A stretch of 59,923 nucleotides of DNA from assembly GCA_964524105.1 (NCBI GenBank), contig CAZGBX010000003.1:1-59923 (forward strand). The letters run 5' to 3'. This stretch comes from Candidatus Woesearchaeota archaeon (GTDB taxonomy: Archaea; Nanobdellota; Nanobdellia; SCGC-AAA011-G17; GW2011-AR18). Positions 25,400 to 34,509 of the stretch are shown one piece after another (the first letter of the stretch is position 1; each line of letters begins with the position of its first letter). The position numbers and the translations under genes were made by a program. Below the pieces are notes generated by a model. That model had not been told where the DNA came from. It saw only the letters and a program-made list of their open reading frames with translations, and ran no database searches.

Positions 25400-25513
25400 T
25401 TAGTAACTTACTAGGAACTCCTCTGTGAAGTCGTTGATGTAATTCTTGATGAATTCAGGGTAATTTTCCTGTTCTTTTTCCGGGTTGAATTTGATTTTTA
25501 GTTTGAATACCAT
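25400..25513 (-). CDS. Possible 37-aa small ORF (MVFKLKIKFNPEKEQENYPEFIKNYINDFTEEFLVSY)
   Basis: First ATG downstream of the motif-plus-TATA promoter (about 35 nt). Below the ORF-track size threshold. Confidence 0.35.
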   Translation of the reverse strand: MVFKLKIKFNPEKEQENYPEFIKNYINDFTEEFLVSY

Positions 25514-25550
25514 TTTGTCTTACCTCCGGTAAGTATAATGGAATTGATTT

Positions 25551-25581
25551 TAAAAAGCGTTACGCGGGGTTGTCAAGTGCG
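25551..25581 (-). promoter_or_regulatory. Conserved GC-rich element fused to a TATA box (copy 2)
   Basis: taaaaagcgTTACGCGGGGTTGTCAAGTGCG. On the + strand it is followed by the palindrome ATATACT-GG-AGTATAT (25585-25600). Confidence 0.55.
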
Positions 25582-25674
25582 GATATATACTGGAGTATAT
25601 GCTTTGGAACTGATTTGGAAGATATAAAAGAATCTCCAAGAAAACTTTATAAATCTAAATAATTTCAGAATGTG

Positions 25675-26358
25675 ATGATTACAAAAGATAAACTTAAAGT
25701 GTTTCTCAAGAAAATTCTATTAATTAATACCACTAAGAGAAGCATACCTCCGTCTTTAGAAGAAAAACCCTTTACTGGGAGCAAAGAATACTGGGAAGAA
25801 AGATATCTTTTTGGAGGAACTTCTGGTGTTGGTTCATATGGAAAACTTGCAAAATTTAAAGCTGAAATCGTAAATTCATTTGTTAAAAATAATAAAATTA
25901 ATTCAGTTATTGAATTTGGGTGTGGGGATGGAAATCAGTTGTCTTTATTTGATTTTCCAAGTTATATAGGTTTAGATGTTTCAAAAACTGCAATAAAATT
26001 GTGTGTGAAGCGTTTTGGTAATGACAAAAGAAGTTTTTTCTTGTATGATCCAGAGTGTTTTGAAGACAATCACCCTAGATTTAAAGCAGAGCTGGCTTTA
26101 TCATTAGATGTAATCTACCATTTAACTGAAGTTAATATATTTGAGCTTTACATGAAACATTTATTTTCGTCTTCTGAGAGATTTGTTATTATCTATTCAG
26201 ATGATATTAATACTAATCAGAGAGATCATGAAAAGCATAGACAATTTTCAAAATGGGTGGAGGAAAATTTGCCAGAATGGAAGTTAATTGATAAAATCAA
26301 AAATAGGTTTCCTAATGAGTCGTGTGCTGATTTCTTTATTTACAAGAAGGTAAAATAA
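25675..26358 (+). CDS. Class I SAM-dependent methyltransferase
   Basis: Motif I VIEFGCGDGNQL and an acidic post-I residue (IGLDVS). Confidence 0.7.
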   Translation: MITKDKLKVFLKKILLINTTKRSIPPSLEEKPFTGSKEYWEERYLFGGTSGVGSYGKLAKFKAEIVNSFVKNNKINSVIEFGCGDGNQLSLFDFPSYIGLDVSKTAIKLCVKRFGNDKRSFFLYDPECFEDNHPRFKAELALSLDVIYHLTEVNIFELYMKHLFSSSERFVIIYSDDINTNQRDHEKHRQFSKWVEENLPEWKLIDKIKNRFPNESCADFFIYKKVK

Positions 26359-26404
26359 ATTTTTAGTTCATTTTATAAAATTATCCCCTTAACCAAATGG
26401 GAAA

Positions 26405-26713
26405 ATGGCATTAATGTGTGATAAGGTAAGAAGGAGATTGGAGGCCCAAGGATTTACTTCAGATCAAGTGAGGGAGATTTCTATATTCCAATTAAATTTT
26501 TCACATGCTACCGGAGGAAGAACTTCTTATATTGATGCTGTACGACTATATGAGTTATATGAAGCGTACGGGAATGACCGGTGTGCTACAGCTGCAGAAG
26601 AGTTTGCATATTTTAGACGAGAAATGGAAGACCCTGGAGCTAGAGTTACAAGAAGAGATGTAATGGAAGCACTATTAAGATTTAGAGGAGTAGAAGTTGA
26701 GGCGCCATGTTAA
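26405..26713 (+). CDS. Hypothetical protein; atypical composition
   Basis: 102 aa. TATA-like box at 26371-26380, about 24 nt upstream. Arg/Ala/Glu-rich. Confidence 0.45.
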   Translation: MALMCDKVRRRLEAQGFTSDQVREISIFQLNFSHATGGRTSYIDAVRLYELYEAYGNDRCATAAEEFAYFRREMEDPGARVTRRDVMEALLRFRGVEVEAPC

Positions 26714-26758
26714 AATAGTGTCTTTTTAATACCGAAATCCTTAAGAATTAAACAAAAC

Positions 26759-27409
26759 TTGACTTTATTGCATATGATTAAGAAATTAAAGGGGTTTTTT
26801 AAATCTGTATTTAAGATATTTAGAGGTAGAAAGTCAATCAAAATCGGACTTTACGGGCCTCCAAATGCCGGTAAGAGTTCTTTAGCAAACAAGATTTGTA
26901 TGGATTGGTTAGGGAAGGAAATGAGTTCTGTTTCTTCAATACCACATGAGACAAGAGAAGTTAAAATTCAAGAGTCTGTGATTATGAAATCCAAAGGAAA
27001 GGAAATTACTTTTAATTTAGTTGATACACCAGGAATTTCTACTAAGATTGATTATGAGAATTTTCTATCTCATAAGATGACAATAAAAGAAGCTAAAGCA
27101 AGAGCTAAAGAAGCAACAAAAGGGGTGATTGATGCTATTAAATGGTTAGATAATATGGATTGTGTTCTAGTAGTATTAGATTCAACTAAGAATCCTTATT
27201 CACAAGTTAACATTACAATTATTGGGAATTTAGCTGCAAGGGACATTCCAGTTTTAATTGTAGCAAACAAAATAGATTTAAAGAGGTCTGACATTAAAAA
27301 AGTAGAAGCTGCGTTCCCACAGTATCCAGTAATAGGAATTTCAGCTACGAAAGGTCATAATATTGAAGATTTTTATGACTCTGTATTCAAGTTGGTGAAG
27401 AAAAGGTGA
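26759..27409 (+). CDS. Small GTP-binding protein (archaeal GTPase of the GTPase/DUF2073/Zn-ribbon triad)
   Basis: G1 GPPNAGKSS, G3 DTPG, G4 NKID. The start is TTG at 26759 or ATG at 26771. Confidence 0.8.
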   Translation: MTLLHMIKKLKGFFKSVFKIFRGRKSIKIGLYGPPNAGKSSLANKICMDWLGKEMSSVSSIPHETREVKIQESVIMKSKGKEITFNLVDTPGISTKIDYENFLSHKMTIKEAKARAKEATKGVIDAIKWLDNMDCVLVVLDSTKNPYSQVNITIIGNLAARDIPVLIVANKIDLKRSDIKKVEAAFPQYPVIGISATKGHNIEDFYDSVFKLVKKR

Positions 27410-27789
27410 TAACGTTACAATATATTCCACATAGTGAGTTTGGACATTTGGATGTTAATTTGAAAATAAGAAAGATTCTAAGGTCTGTTAAAGATGATAA
27501 AATCATTGTAATTGAAGGAAGGATGAGAGCTGAAGAAGAAACTGAATTAATTGCAAGGACAATGGAACAGATTGATAGAAAGTTTAAAGGAATCGAGATT
27601 GCTACTGTTAATGTTAAAAAAAGAAATGAAGAAGCAATTAGTGTGATTAAAAGAGCAGTTGCTAATTTTCTAATTGGAAAAAATGAAGGTTTGACTATTG
27701 TTGGACCTGCTTCTATTGTTAAGGAAATAAGAAGAGACCCTAACAAGATAGAGTTATTGACTAAGATGAAGAAGTCGAGGAAAAGATAA
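27406..27789 (+). CDS. DUF2073 family protein
   Basis: 127 aa with a 4-nt overlap with the GTPase. ...KIIVIEGRMRAEEETELI... pattern and conserved archaeal neighbourhood. Confidence 0.6.
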   Translation: MITLQYIPHSEFGHLDVNLKIRKILRSVKDDKIIVIEGRMRAEEETELIARTMEQIDRKFKGIEIATVNVKKRNEEAISVIKRAVANFLIGKNEGLTIVGPASIVKEIRRDPNKIELLTKMKKSRKR

Positions 27790-28167
27790 ATGCCACACAA
27801 ATGTGTAAGGTGTAATACAACTTTTTTGGATGGATCTACAGATTTACTTAAAGGGTGTAGTAATTGTGGTGGAAAGTTTTTCTTCTTTGTTAGAAAAGAT
27901 GCTTTAGAAAGAGCTGATAGAGTTACTAAAGAATTAAGTCCAGGAGAGAAAATTCAAATGGAAAGGGATGCTTTAGAAATTATAGGTTCCAAAGATGATC
28001 CTGATGCTCCGATTGTATTAGACTTAGAGTCAATTAATATTCCTTCTTCTGGAGTTTTTGAATTGGATTTAGTTAAACTGTTTAGAGGAGAACCTGTAGT
28101 TTATAGATTAGAAGAAGGGAAGTATGTGATTGATGTTGCTCAGACTTTTCTGAATCTTAAGAAATAG
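27790..28167 (+). CDS. Zn-ribbon protein (DUF2072/COG3364-like)
   Basis: N-terminal CxxC...CxxC (CVRCNT...CSNCGG). Starts directly after the DUF2073 stop. Confidence 0.6.
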   Translation: MPHKCVRCNTTFLDGSTDLLKGCSNCGGKFFFFVRKDALERADRVTKELSPGEKIQMERDALEIIGSKDDPDAPIVLDLESINIPSSGVFELDLVKLFRGEPVVYRLEEGKYVIDVAQTFLNLKK

Positions 28168-28225
28168 AAAAGAACTATTTCAGAAGAGAAAAATATATAT
28201 ACTTTAGAACTGATAAAGTGTTACT

Positions 28226-28630
28226 ATGAAACAGATTGAAAAAAATATTATTGCTTCTTTTAATTTAGCTAAACGAGACATATACAGGTACCATAAAGAC
28301 CTGGGGAAATTAATTACTAATCATAGAGACGTTCTGAAAACTCTTGAATTACTTCAAAGAAGGGATGTTGTACTTAATAAAAAGATTCAAGAGCTTGAAA
28401 AGAAACTTGCAAAGAAACCTAAAACCATTATTAAGACTATAACTAAAAAAGTTATTAAGAAAAAGAAAAATGAGTTCTGGGCGTCTAAGACTGGAAAAAG
28501 TTATCATGACCCACATTGTCCTTTTGCGCATAACATAAATAAAAAAAGAAAGGTTGTGTTTAAGACAAAAGAAGCTGCAAAAAAGAAAAAGTATAAAGCT
28601 TGTGAATGTGTTAAAAGGATGAAAAAGTAA
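28226..28630 (+). CDS. Coiled-coil protein with a C-terminal Ada-like Zn-binding domain
   Basis: GKSYHDPHCPFAHNI...VVFKTKEAAKKKKYKACECV resembles the Ada N-terminal-type metal-binding domain. Confidence 0.45.
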   Translation: MKQIEKNIIASFNLAKRDIYRYHKDLGKLITNHRDVLKTLELLQRRDVVLNKKIQELEKKLAKKPKTIIKTITKKVIKKKKNEFWASKTGKSYHDPHCPFAHNINKKRKVVFKTKEAAKKKKYKACECVKRMKK

Positions 28631-28858
28631 ATGGTAAAGTATAGAGGTGTTGTGATTTGTGGTGAGGATGGTAGTTATAGGGCTTACTATTTTGAAGAGG
28701 GAGATAGAGCTGCCTATAATGCTGTTGTAGCTTCTGGTTCTTATAAAGGACAAACACTTGTTGCACCAAGGTGGTTAGATGAAGCTTTAGAGTTAGAAGA
28801 GATTGAGGGTATGGGGCGAGACACAATAAGGGATTTGAGTAGAAAATCTCCAGTTTGA
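28631..28858 (+). CDS. Hypothetical protein; atypical composition
   Basis: 75 aa. The ATG abuts the previous stop and the stop abuts the hmgA stop, so there is no spacer on either side. Confidence 0.35.
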   Translation: MVKYRGVVICGEDGSYRAYYFEEGDRAAYNAVVASGSYKGQTLVAPRWLDEALELEEIEGMGRDTIRDLSRKSPV

Positions 28859-29902
28859 TCATTCGTTTCTTTCAAACTTCATGTGAGTTTTTAGTAATTC
28901 ATCATTATTAGTTAATGCTGCCATTAATGAAAGTTCTCCTGCAAGAATAGTTGCTGCAATAATCTCTGCAAACTTTCTAGCTTTAATACCAGGGTCAACC
29001 CCGTTACCGTAACATTCCATTTTCTTTAAGTTTTCTTTAGCGTATTCTAAATTAGTTCCACCACCAACACTACCAATAATTAAAGATGGAAGTTCAACTG
29101 AGAATTCTAAATTATCTTTTAGTTTTACTTCTGTTTTACCCAATGAAGATTCAACAACATTTGCAATGTCTTGACCTGTTGCTAAGAAGATTGCTCCAGC
29201 AATGTTTGCGAAATGAGCGTTTTCTCCCAATGAACCTGCAAGTTTAGAACCATCTATGTTCTTAGCTTGGTTTAATTCAATTAGTTCTTCAGGTGTTGTT
29301 TTTAGATGTTTTTTTAATAATTCTTTAGGGATTGATACTGTTGCCTTAACCCATTTACCCCTACCTTTTTCTTTGTTAATTTTACTTGGTTTTTTGTCAG
29401 TACAGTAGTTGCTACTGATGGAGATTAATTTGAAGTTAAACTTTTCTTTTAAGAAATTCATGATAGCTTGTGATCCTTTCTCTACCATGTTATGTCCTGC
29501 AGCATCAGCTGTTGACATTCCAATTCTAATGTAAAGGTGACCATTATGAGTTTTAGTTTCAATACTTGAAAGTTTACCGTAGTTAGTAGTTGCATTAGCA
29601 ACTTGTTCTAGCTCTTTGAAATTATTTTTTATGAAGTTTTGGATGTTTTTTGTTTCTTCTTTTTCTGCTTTGATTACTGGTGCCCTTGTCATTTCATCTT
29701 TAATGATTTTTGTTTTTATTCCCCCAGCTAAGTTTGCAACTTTCATGCCTCTTTTTACTGATGGGATTAAAGGTGATTCTGTACAAGTTAAGCAAACATT
29801 AAATTCTCCTTTAGCATATTTCCCGTTTACTTTTATAGGGCCTATTTCATAAGTAGGTATTTTTGTATAAGAATAGTTTATTGCCCTGATTTTGTTGTTC
29901 AT
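28859..29902 (-). CDS. hmgA: HMG-CoA reductase (class I, NADPH; short N-terminus)
   Basis: CTES..VKRG, DAAGHNM, CTDKKPS, ATGQDIANVVES, LKTHM motifs. Confidence 0.85.
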   Translation of the reverse strand: MNNKIRAINYSYTKIPTYEIGPIKVNGKYAKGEFNVCLTCTESPLIPSVKRGMKVANLAGGIKTKIIKDEMTRAPVIKAEKEETKNIQNFIKNNFKELEQVANATTNYGKLSSIETKTHNGHLYIRIGMSTADAAGHNMVEKGSQAIMNFLKEKFNFKLISISSNYCTDKKPSKINKEKGRGKWVKATVSIPKELLKKHLKTTPEELIELNQAKNIDGSKLAGSLGENAHFANIAGAIFLATGQDIANVVESSLGKTEVKLKDNLEFSVELPSLIIGSVGGGTNLEYAKENLKKMECYGNGVDPGIKARKFAEIIAATILAGELSLMAALTNNDELLKTHMKFERNE

Positions 29903-29959
29903 TTTTATTACTTGGACAAGTGATAAGTTTAAATAAGTTATTGTTTACCCTCATTCTTT

Positions 29960-30820
29960 ATGGTAGATGAGAAAATTACAATTGTGGAATTATTAGAGGA
30001 AATACCTGAATCAAGGGAGATTCTCTCTAAGTATGGATTACATTGTGTTGGATGTATGGCAAGTCGTTTTGAAACTCTAAAAGAAGGTTGTATGGCTCAC
30101 GGTATGGATGAAGAAACCTATAATAAAATGATGAAAGAGATTGATAGTTTAACTAAACCTCAAGATTTCATTGTTGAAGTTTCAAGTATAGAAGAGTTTA
30201 GTTCTGATATAAGAATAATTAAGTTTAGTGTTGAAGGTTTTAGTTTCTTACCTGGTGCTTATGTACTGTTGTGGCAAGAAGGATATTTATCTGAAGGCAA
30301 GGTAGTAAAAAGAGCTTATTCAATTGCTTCTTCAAATAAAGAAAAAGGTTTTGAAGTTTGTTTTAAGATTGACCCATTAGGAATGTTCTCTAAGAAAGTT
30401 AATAGTTTACAAGTAGGAGATAAGCTAAACATGAAAGGGCCTTTTAATGCACACTTTGTTTTGAAACCTTCCCAAGACCCTGCTTTTATTGTTGCAGGGA
30501 CAGGGATTGCACCAGTAATGTCAATGATTAGAAGTAGAGACTTAGAAACAACTTTGATTTATAGTATTAAAACAGAGAAGAATTATATTTATGAAAAAGA
30601 ATTAGAGAAATTCCCAAACATAAAAAAAGTGATTTGTGTAACTAGGCAAGATGAAACTAAGTTTGTTAAAGGAAGAATAACCAAAGAGATTATTTCTGAA
30701 AATTTAAAAGATACAAATAAAGATGTGTTTATCTGTGGGCCAAAAGAAATGGTTGAGAACTGTTTATCTTGGTTAAATGAACTAGGGTTTACTAAAATTC
30801 ATGTTGAGAAGTGGGGTTAG
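29960..30820 (+). CDS. DUF1858 domain fused to a ferredoxin-NADP reductase-like FAD/NAD(P)-binding module
   Basis: The N-terminus IVELLEEIPESREILSKYGLHCVGCMASRFETL is DUF1858-like, followed by RAYSIAS (RxYS) and GTGIAP. Confidence 0.65.
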   Translation: MVDEKITIVELLEEIPESREILSKYGLHCVGCMASRFETLKEGCMAHGMDEETYNKMMKEIDSLTKPQDFIVEVSSIEEFSSDIRIIKFSVEGFSFLPGAYVLLWQEGYLSEGKVVKRAYSIASSNKEKGFEVCFKIDPLGMFSKKVNSLQVGDKLNMKGPFNAHFVLKPSQDPAFIVAGTGIAPVMSMIRSRDLETTLIYSIKTEKNYIYEKELEKFPNIKKVICVTRQDETKFVKGRITKEIISENLKDTNKDVFICGPKEMVENCLSWLNELGFTKIHVEKWG

Positions 30821-31242
30821 AAATTAACTTTATCTCCAATCATAATGTCCTTTCTGAAAGTGTAACCACCATTAACTTCTAGCACATACTTTACTTTTGC
30901 CAGAGGTTTAATGATTTGGCAATCATTATCACATGGTTGGGCGTTCTTTGTAATCTCTACAATTTCTTTATTTCCGTTTATCCAAATAATGTCTAAAGGT
31001 AATAGGGTATCTTTCATCCAAAAAGTTGGTGATTTTTCTTCTTCTAAAATAAATAACATCCCTTGGTCCTCTGGTAGTGCTGCTCTGTTCATTAATCCCT
31101 GTTGTCTTAGTTCTGGGGTGTCTGCAAGCTCTACATCAACACAAGACCCATTAATACAAACTTGATTACTGCCACACGCAGTTACAAATAGAAGTAATAC
31201 TAGTATGAATATCTTTTTCATTTTTATCTGAATAATAACCAT
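30817..31242 (-). CDS. DUF192 (COG1430) protein with a lipobox-type signal peptide
   Basis: MKKIFILVLLLFVTAC..., ELRQQGLMNR...GMLFI...FWMKDTLLPLDIIWI. Confidence 0.7.
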   Translation of the reverse strand: MVIIQIKMKKIFILVLLLFVTACGSNQVCINGSCVDVELADTPELRQQGLMNRAALPEDQGMLFILEEEKSPTFWMKDTLLPLDIIWINGNKEIVEITKNAQPCDNDCQIIKPLAKVKYVLEVNGGYTFRKDIMIGDKVNF

Positions 31243-31610
31243 AACATAAGAACTGCGATGATGACACTAATTAAAGACATGATTCTCATCCAGCCACTTG
31301 GTGCTCTTAAAACCTCTCTGATCATTGACCTGTATAATTGTGGCCGTGAAGTGAATAGTAGGCTAATTAATAGTGAATATACAACACCTGCAACTAGGAA
31401 GTTTAGTAGCCCAATTACTGGTAATATGAAGAATAATAAAACTAAGAATACAATGAAAGTTGCCCAGAACATGTAATTTATTGTCTTGTCTGTTGTTTTC
31501 TCAAACTTCCGTAATCTGTTTTTCATGAAATTGAAAGCTAATAAAGTTGGTAAATGTTTAATTAATATGATAATTGCTAGAATCAAACCTATAATCTCTA
31601 CAGCTCCCAT
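31224..31610 (-). CDS. Integral membrane protein, unknown function
   Basis: 128 aa with 4 predicted TM segments. Confidence 0.5.
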   Translation of the reverse strand: MGAVEIIGLILAIIILIKHLPTLLAFNFMKNRLRKFEKTTDKTINYMFWATFIVFLVLLFFILPVIGLLNFLVAGVVYSLLISLLFTSRPQLYRSMIREVLRAPSGWMRIMSLISVIIAVLMLWLLFR

Positions 31611-31651
31611 ACTAGAAATTATTGATTAATTTATATTTAAAGTTAATGGAT

Positions 31652-33043
31652 TTAAACCCATAACTCAACTTTTCTGTTATTATCTAAGTCTTCGAGTAAA
31701 GTTTGACCTACTTTAGCTTTCTTAGTTACTTTTAAGTTTCCTTTTTTACTTAATTTACTTGAGAATAGGAAATGACCATCAACATAGATATCAACTGGTT
31801 GTCCACCATGGAACGGTTTAGTTTTGAAACTGATGAACTTATCTGATTCTTTTATTTGGTATTTGATTGGTTTAGCATCTTTTTTTTCATCTAAAGCTCT
31901 AACATCTAATGATATTCCTAACTTAGATTCTATTTTTTCAATGTTCTTACCTTGTTTACCAATAATATATGAAATGTCTTCTTCTGGAACGTAGATCTCT
32001 GCTTTGTTATCTGAGTTTAGTCTGACATTTACTTTGTTAGTGTAGTTATAGAATTCTTTTTCAATTTGTTTGGCTGCTAGTTCTTGTAAAGGAGATTTAG
32101 AGTCTTCTTGGACTGGAATAACTACTGTTTGTTCACCGTAAGTGTAGATTTCGAATTGTAATTCTTCTGTTTCAAAGTCAGTTACTATAACTACTGGTCT
32201 TGCTAAGTCAGCTTCTGTCATACCTGAAGGAACTTTAACTGCCATTTCAAGTGAAAGAATTTTGTTTATTTTCCCATCTTTGATGAAGATGACTGTATCA
32301 ACAACTTGGGGGATTACTCCAAGTTCAATTTTACCTATGAATCTTTGAATAGAATCTATAGGATTAGTTGCGTGAACAATACCTACAAAACCAACACCTG
32401 CTAGTCTTAAATCTGTGAAAAGTTCAAAGTCTTTCTTGTTTCTCATTTCATCGTAAATAGCGTAATCTGGTCTTGTTAGTAATAAAATATCATGAATCTC
32501 TTCTTGGTCACCATGAGAAATCGAATATTGAGTTATTTCATTATTTAATTGTAAGTCTCTTGGAGCTTCAACTGTCTTTACTATCTTTTCATTAGAAGCG
32601 TAGAATTCTGCTAATGCTGATGCGAAAGTTGATTTACCATTACCTGGTGCACCTGAAATTAATATTCCTTCTGCTTGTTCTTTGATTCTGTTTAGTAATT
32701 TATCAGTAATATTATAATCTTTCATTGCAAGTTTCTTTACTGGCCTAACTGCAGTGATCTCCCAACCATCAGATAAAGGGGGTTGAGTAATTACAATCCT
32801 GAAATTTCCTAGTTGAATTATATTAGAACCAGGTCTTGCGATTTCAATGAAGCCATCTTCCCTATATTCTACTTGTTGGATGATCTCTTCTGAAAGTTCT
32901 TTGATCTCTTCTTGTTTTAAGTTCTTTTTTGATAGTGCTGTGAATTTCCAGTCACCAGGTTGACCTTTTTTAGCGTAAGGTAAGTTGTTCTCTCTCAAGT
33001 GAACTGACATGGTTTCCTTGTCAAAATATTTCTCTAGTTTCAT
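31652..33043 (-). CDS. PilT-family ATPase with a C-terminal KH domain (COG1855-like, lacking an obvious PIN domain)
   Basis: Walker A GAPGNGKST; KH motif IIGKQGKNIEKIE. Confidence 0.7.
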   Translation of the reverse strand: MKLEKYFDKETMSVHLRENNLPYAKKGQPGDWKFTALSKKNLKQEEIKELSEEIIQQVEYREDGFIEIARPGSNIIQLGNFRIVITQPPLSDGWEITAVRPVKKLAMKDYNITDKLLNRIKEQAEGILISGAPGNGKSTFASALAEFYASNEKIVKTVEAPRDLQLNNEITQYSISHGDQEEIHDILLLTRPDYAIYDEMRNKKDFELFTDLRLAGVGFVGIVHATNPIDSIQRFIGKIELGVIPQVVDTVIFIKDGKINKILSLEMAVKVPSGMTEADLARPVVIVTDFETEELQFEIYTYGEQTVVIPVQEDSKSPLQELAAKQIEKEFYNYTNKVNVRLNSDNKAEIYVPEEDISYIIGKQGKNIEKIESKLGISLDVRALDEKKDAKPIKYQIKESDKFISFKTKPFHGGQPVDIYVDGHFLFSSKLSKKGNLKVTKKAKVGQTLLEDLDNNRKVELWV

Positions 33044-33098
33044 AAAGAATGGTCTGATAGGAATTTATATAAATGTTGGGATGGGTTTCAAATCTTAA

Positions 33099-33236
33099 GC
33101 GGGAGTGCCGGAGTGGTCAAACGGGACGGACTCAAGACATTTGAGTGCTGAGGTGCCCTAAAGGGTAACTATGAAGAAATAATGTGAGCTATCCGTTGGC
33201 TTAGTGTCTACGCAGGTTCGAACCCTGTCTCCCGCA
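33099..33236 (+). tRNA. tRNA-Leu(CAA) with a 54-nt intron at the canonical 37/38 position (33137-33190)
   Basis: Acceptor GCGGGAG/CTCCCGC. Anticodon stem ACGGA/TCCGT flanking CUCAAG^...^A. Long variable arm. T arm GCAGG-TTCGAAC-CCTGT. TATA box 25 nt upstream. Confidence 0.85.
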
Positions 33237-33259
33237 TTAACTTTTAAAAGAAAAATCAA

Positions 33260-34393
33260 TTATTTTTTTAACCAGTGTTCTGTACTATAGAAATAATATC
33301 CTACACCAATCCCAACTAAAGCTAGTATTGCAATTAACCATGCCCACCAATATCTACTTCTTGTATCTTGATCAGCTGTACCATCAGAAATATCTATCTC
33401 TGAATCATCTAATTCAGCAGCTTCTGCACTTTTATGACCCTTAATTAATTTTGGGCTATCATCTAACCTAGTTATTTTAATTACAGCGTTTCCAACAGCA
33501 GTTATTTTCTTTAAATAAATCGAAACATCTGCTTTTTCATCATTATTTACATCAACATTAATTGTTTCTGCAAGCTTAACTATGATTGTTTGTGGTTCAG
33601 ATCTAATTTCGATTTTAGCTCTATCCTCTTCAACTTCTTTTATTGTAGCGCTGTGCTTTTCTCCATTTGGTAATGTAAATTCTATTCTTGCACCATGCTC
33701 CATCTCTCTTTCAGCACCATAAGAACTTAACCTTCCTAAAGACTTTGTTTCCCCTTCCCCAATTGTTGCTGGAGCATCACCTGCTCCACCACCACCGCCA
33801 CCACCACTACTTGATGATGATGAAGTGCTTGAAGCAGCAGTTACACTAAATTCTTTATTTGATGAAGGATACACGTGAGTCCCCTCATTACCATATGCAT
33901 ACATCTCAGCTTTTGCAATATAAGTTCCAGGTGAGGAAGGAGGAGGAACAGTCCATGTAATAGAATAAGTTATAGAACCATATGAACCAGTAGACCCATA
34001 CCCGTATCCATAACCTAAATTATATGATGTGGTATTGGTTACATCATAACCTGTTCCATTAGCATAACTGTAACTTAAACCCGCATCTTGTGTAACGGAA
34101 TTGACAGCAATATCATCACAACCTGATACAGTGCTATCAAGGTCTATTTTACAAGTTCTAATTTGGGTACCATCAGGGTCAGTTATAGTTAGATTTGTGT
34201 AATTTAAAGGGACATAAGAATCTGGACTAGCTATTGCAACTTCAACAGTAAAAGTAATGCCACTTCCCACTGTAACAGTATCTGCTGAAGTTACACTTAC
34301 AGTAACAGCTGAAGCAGGACCAGATAAGAATAATAAAATAATTATTAGCAAAGTTAATGAAAAACTTACTACGCCTCTTATTTTTTTTGCCAT
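33260..34393 (-). CDS. Cell-surface protein (signal peptide, Ser/Gly linker, C-terminal TM anchor)
   Basis: N-terminal signal sequence, Thr/Ser/Tyr/Gly-rich beta-type region, SSSSSSSGGGGGGGAG linker and a C-terminal WWAWLIAILALVGIGVGYYFY anchor. Confidence 0.6.
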   Translation of the reverse strand: MAKKIRGVVSFSLTLLIIILLFLSGPASAVTVSVTSADTVTVGSGITFTVEVAIASPDSYVPLNYTNLTITDPDGTQIRTCKIDLDSTVSGCDDIAVNSVTQDAGLSYSYANGTGYDVTNTTSYNLGYGYGYGSTGSYGSITYSITWTVPPPSSPGTYIAKAEMYAYGNEGTHVYPSSNKEFSVTAASSTSSSSSSGGGGGGGAGDAPATIGEGETKSLGRLSSYGAEREMEHGARIEFTLPNGEKHSATIKEVEEDRAKIEIRSEPQTIIVKLAETINVDVNNDEKADVSIYLKKITAVGNAVIKITRLDDSPKLIKGHKSAEAAELDDSEIDISDGTADQDTRSRYWWAWLIAILALVGIGVGYYFYSTEHWLKK

Positions 34394-34509
34394 TTGGTAT
34401 GTTTTTTTGGTATTACTTACTTATAAATATTTTGGTTGGTTAATATGGTAATTATTACTATTTTTAAAACCTAGATATTCTTAAATATGTTCAATCTTAT
34501 TGATTTACG

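Noticed and set aside
33770-33840. The GC-rich triplet-repeat DNA (ccaccaccgccaccaccactacttgatgatgatga) as a possible tandem repeat or regulatory element.
   Set aside because: It is the coding sequence, on the minus strand, of the poly-Ser/poly-Gly linker of the surface protein. It is in frame and has no independent signal.
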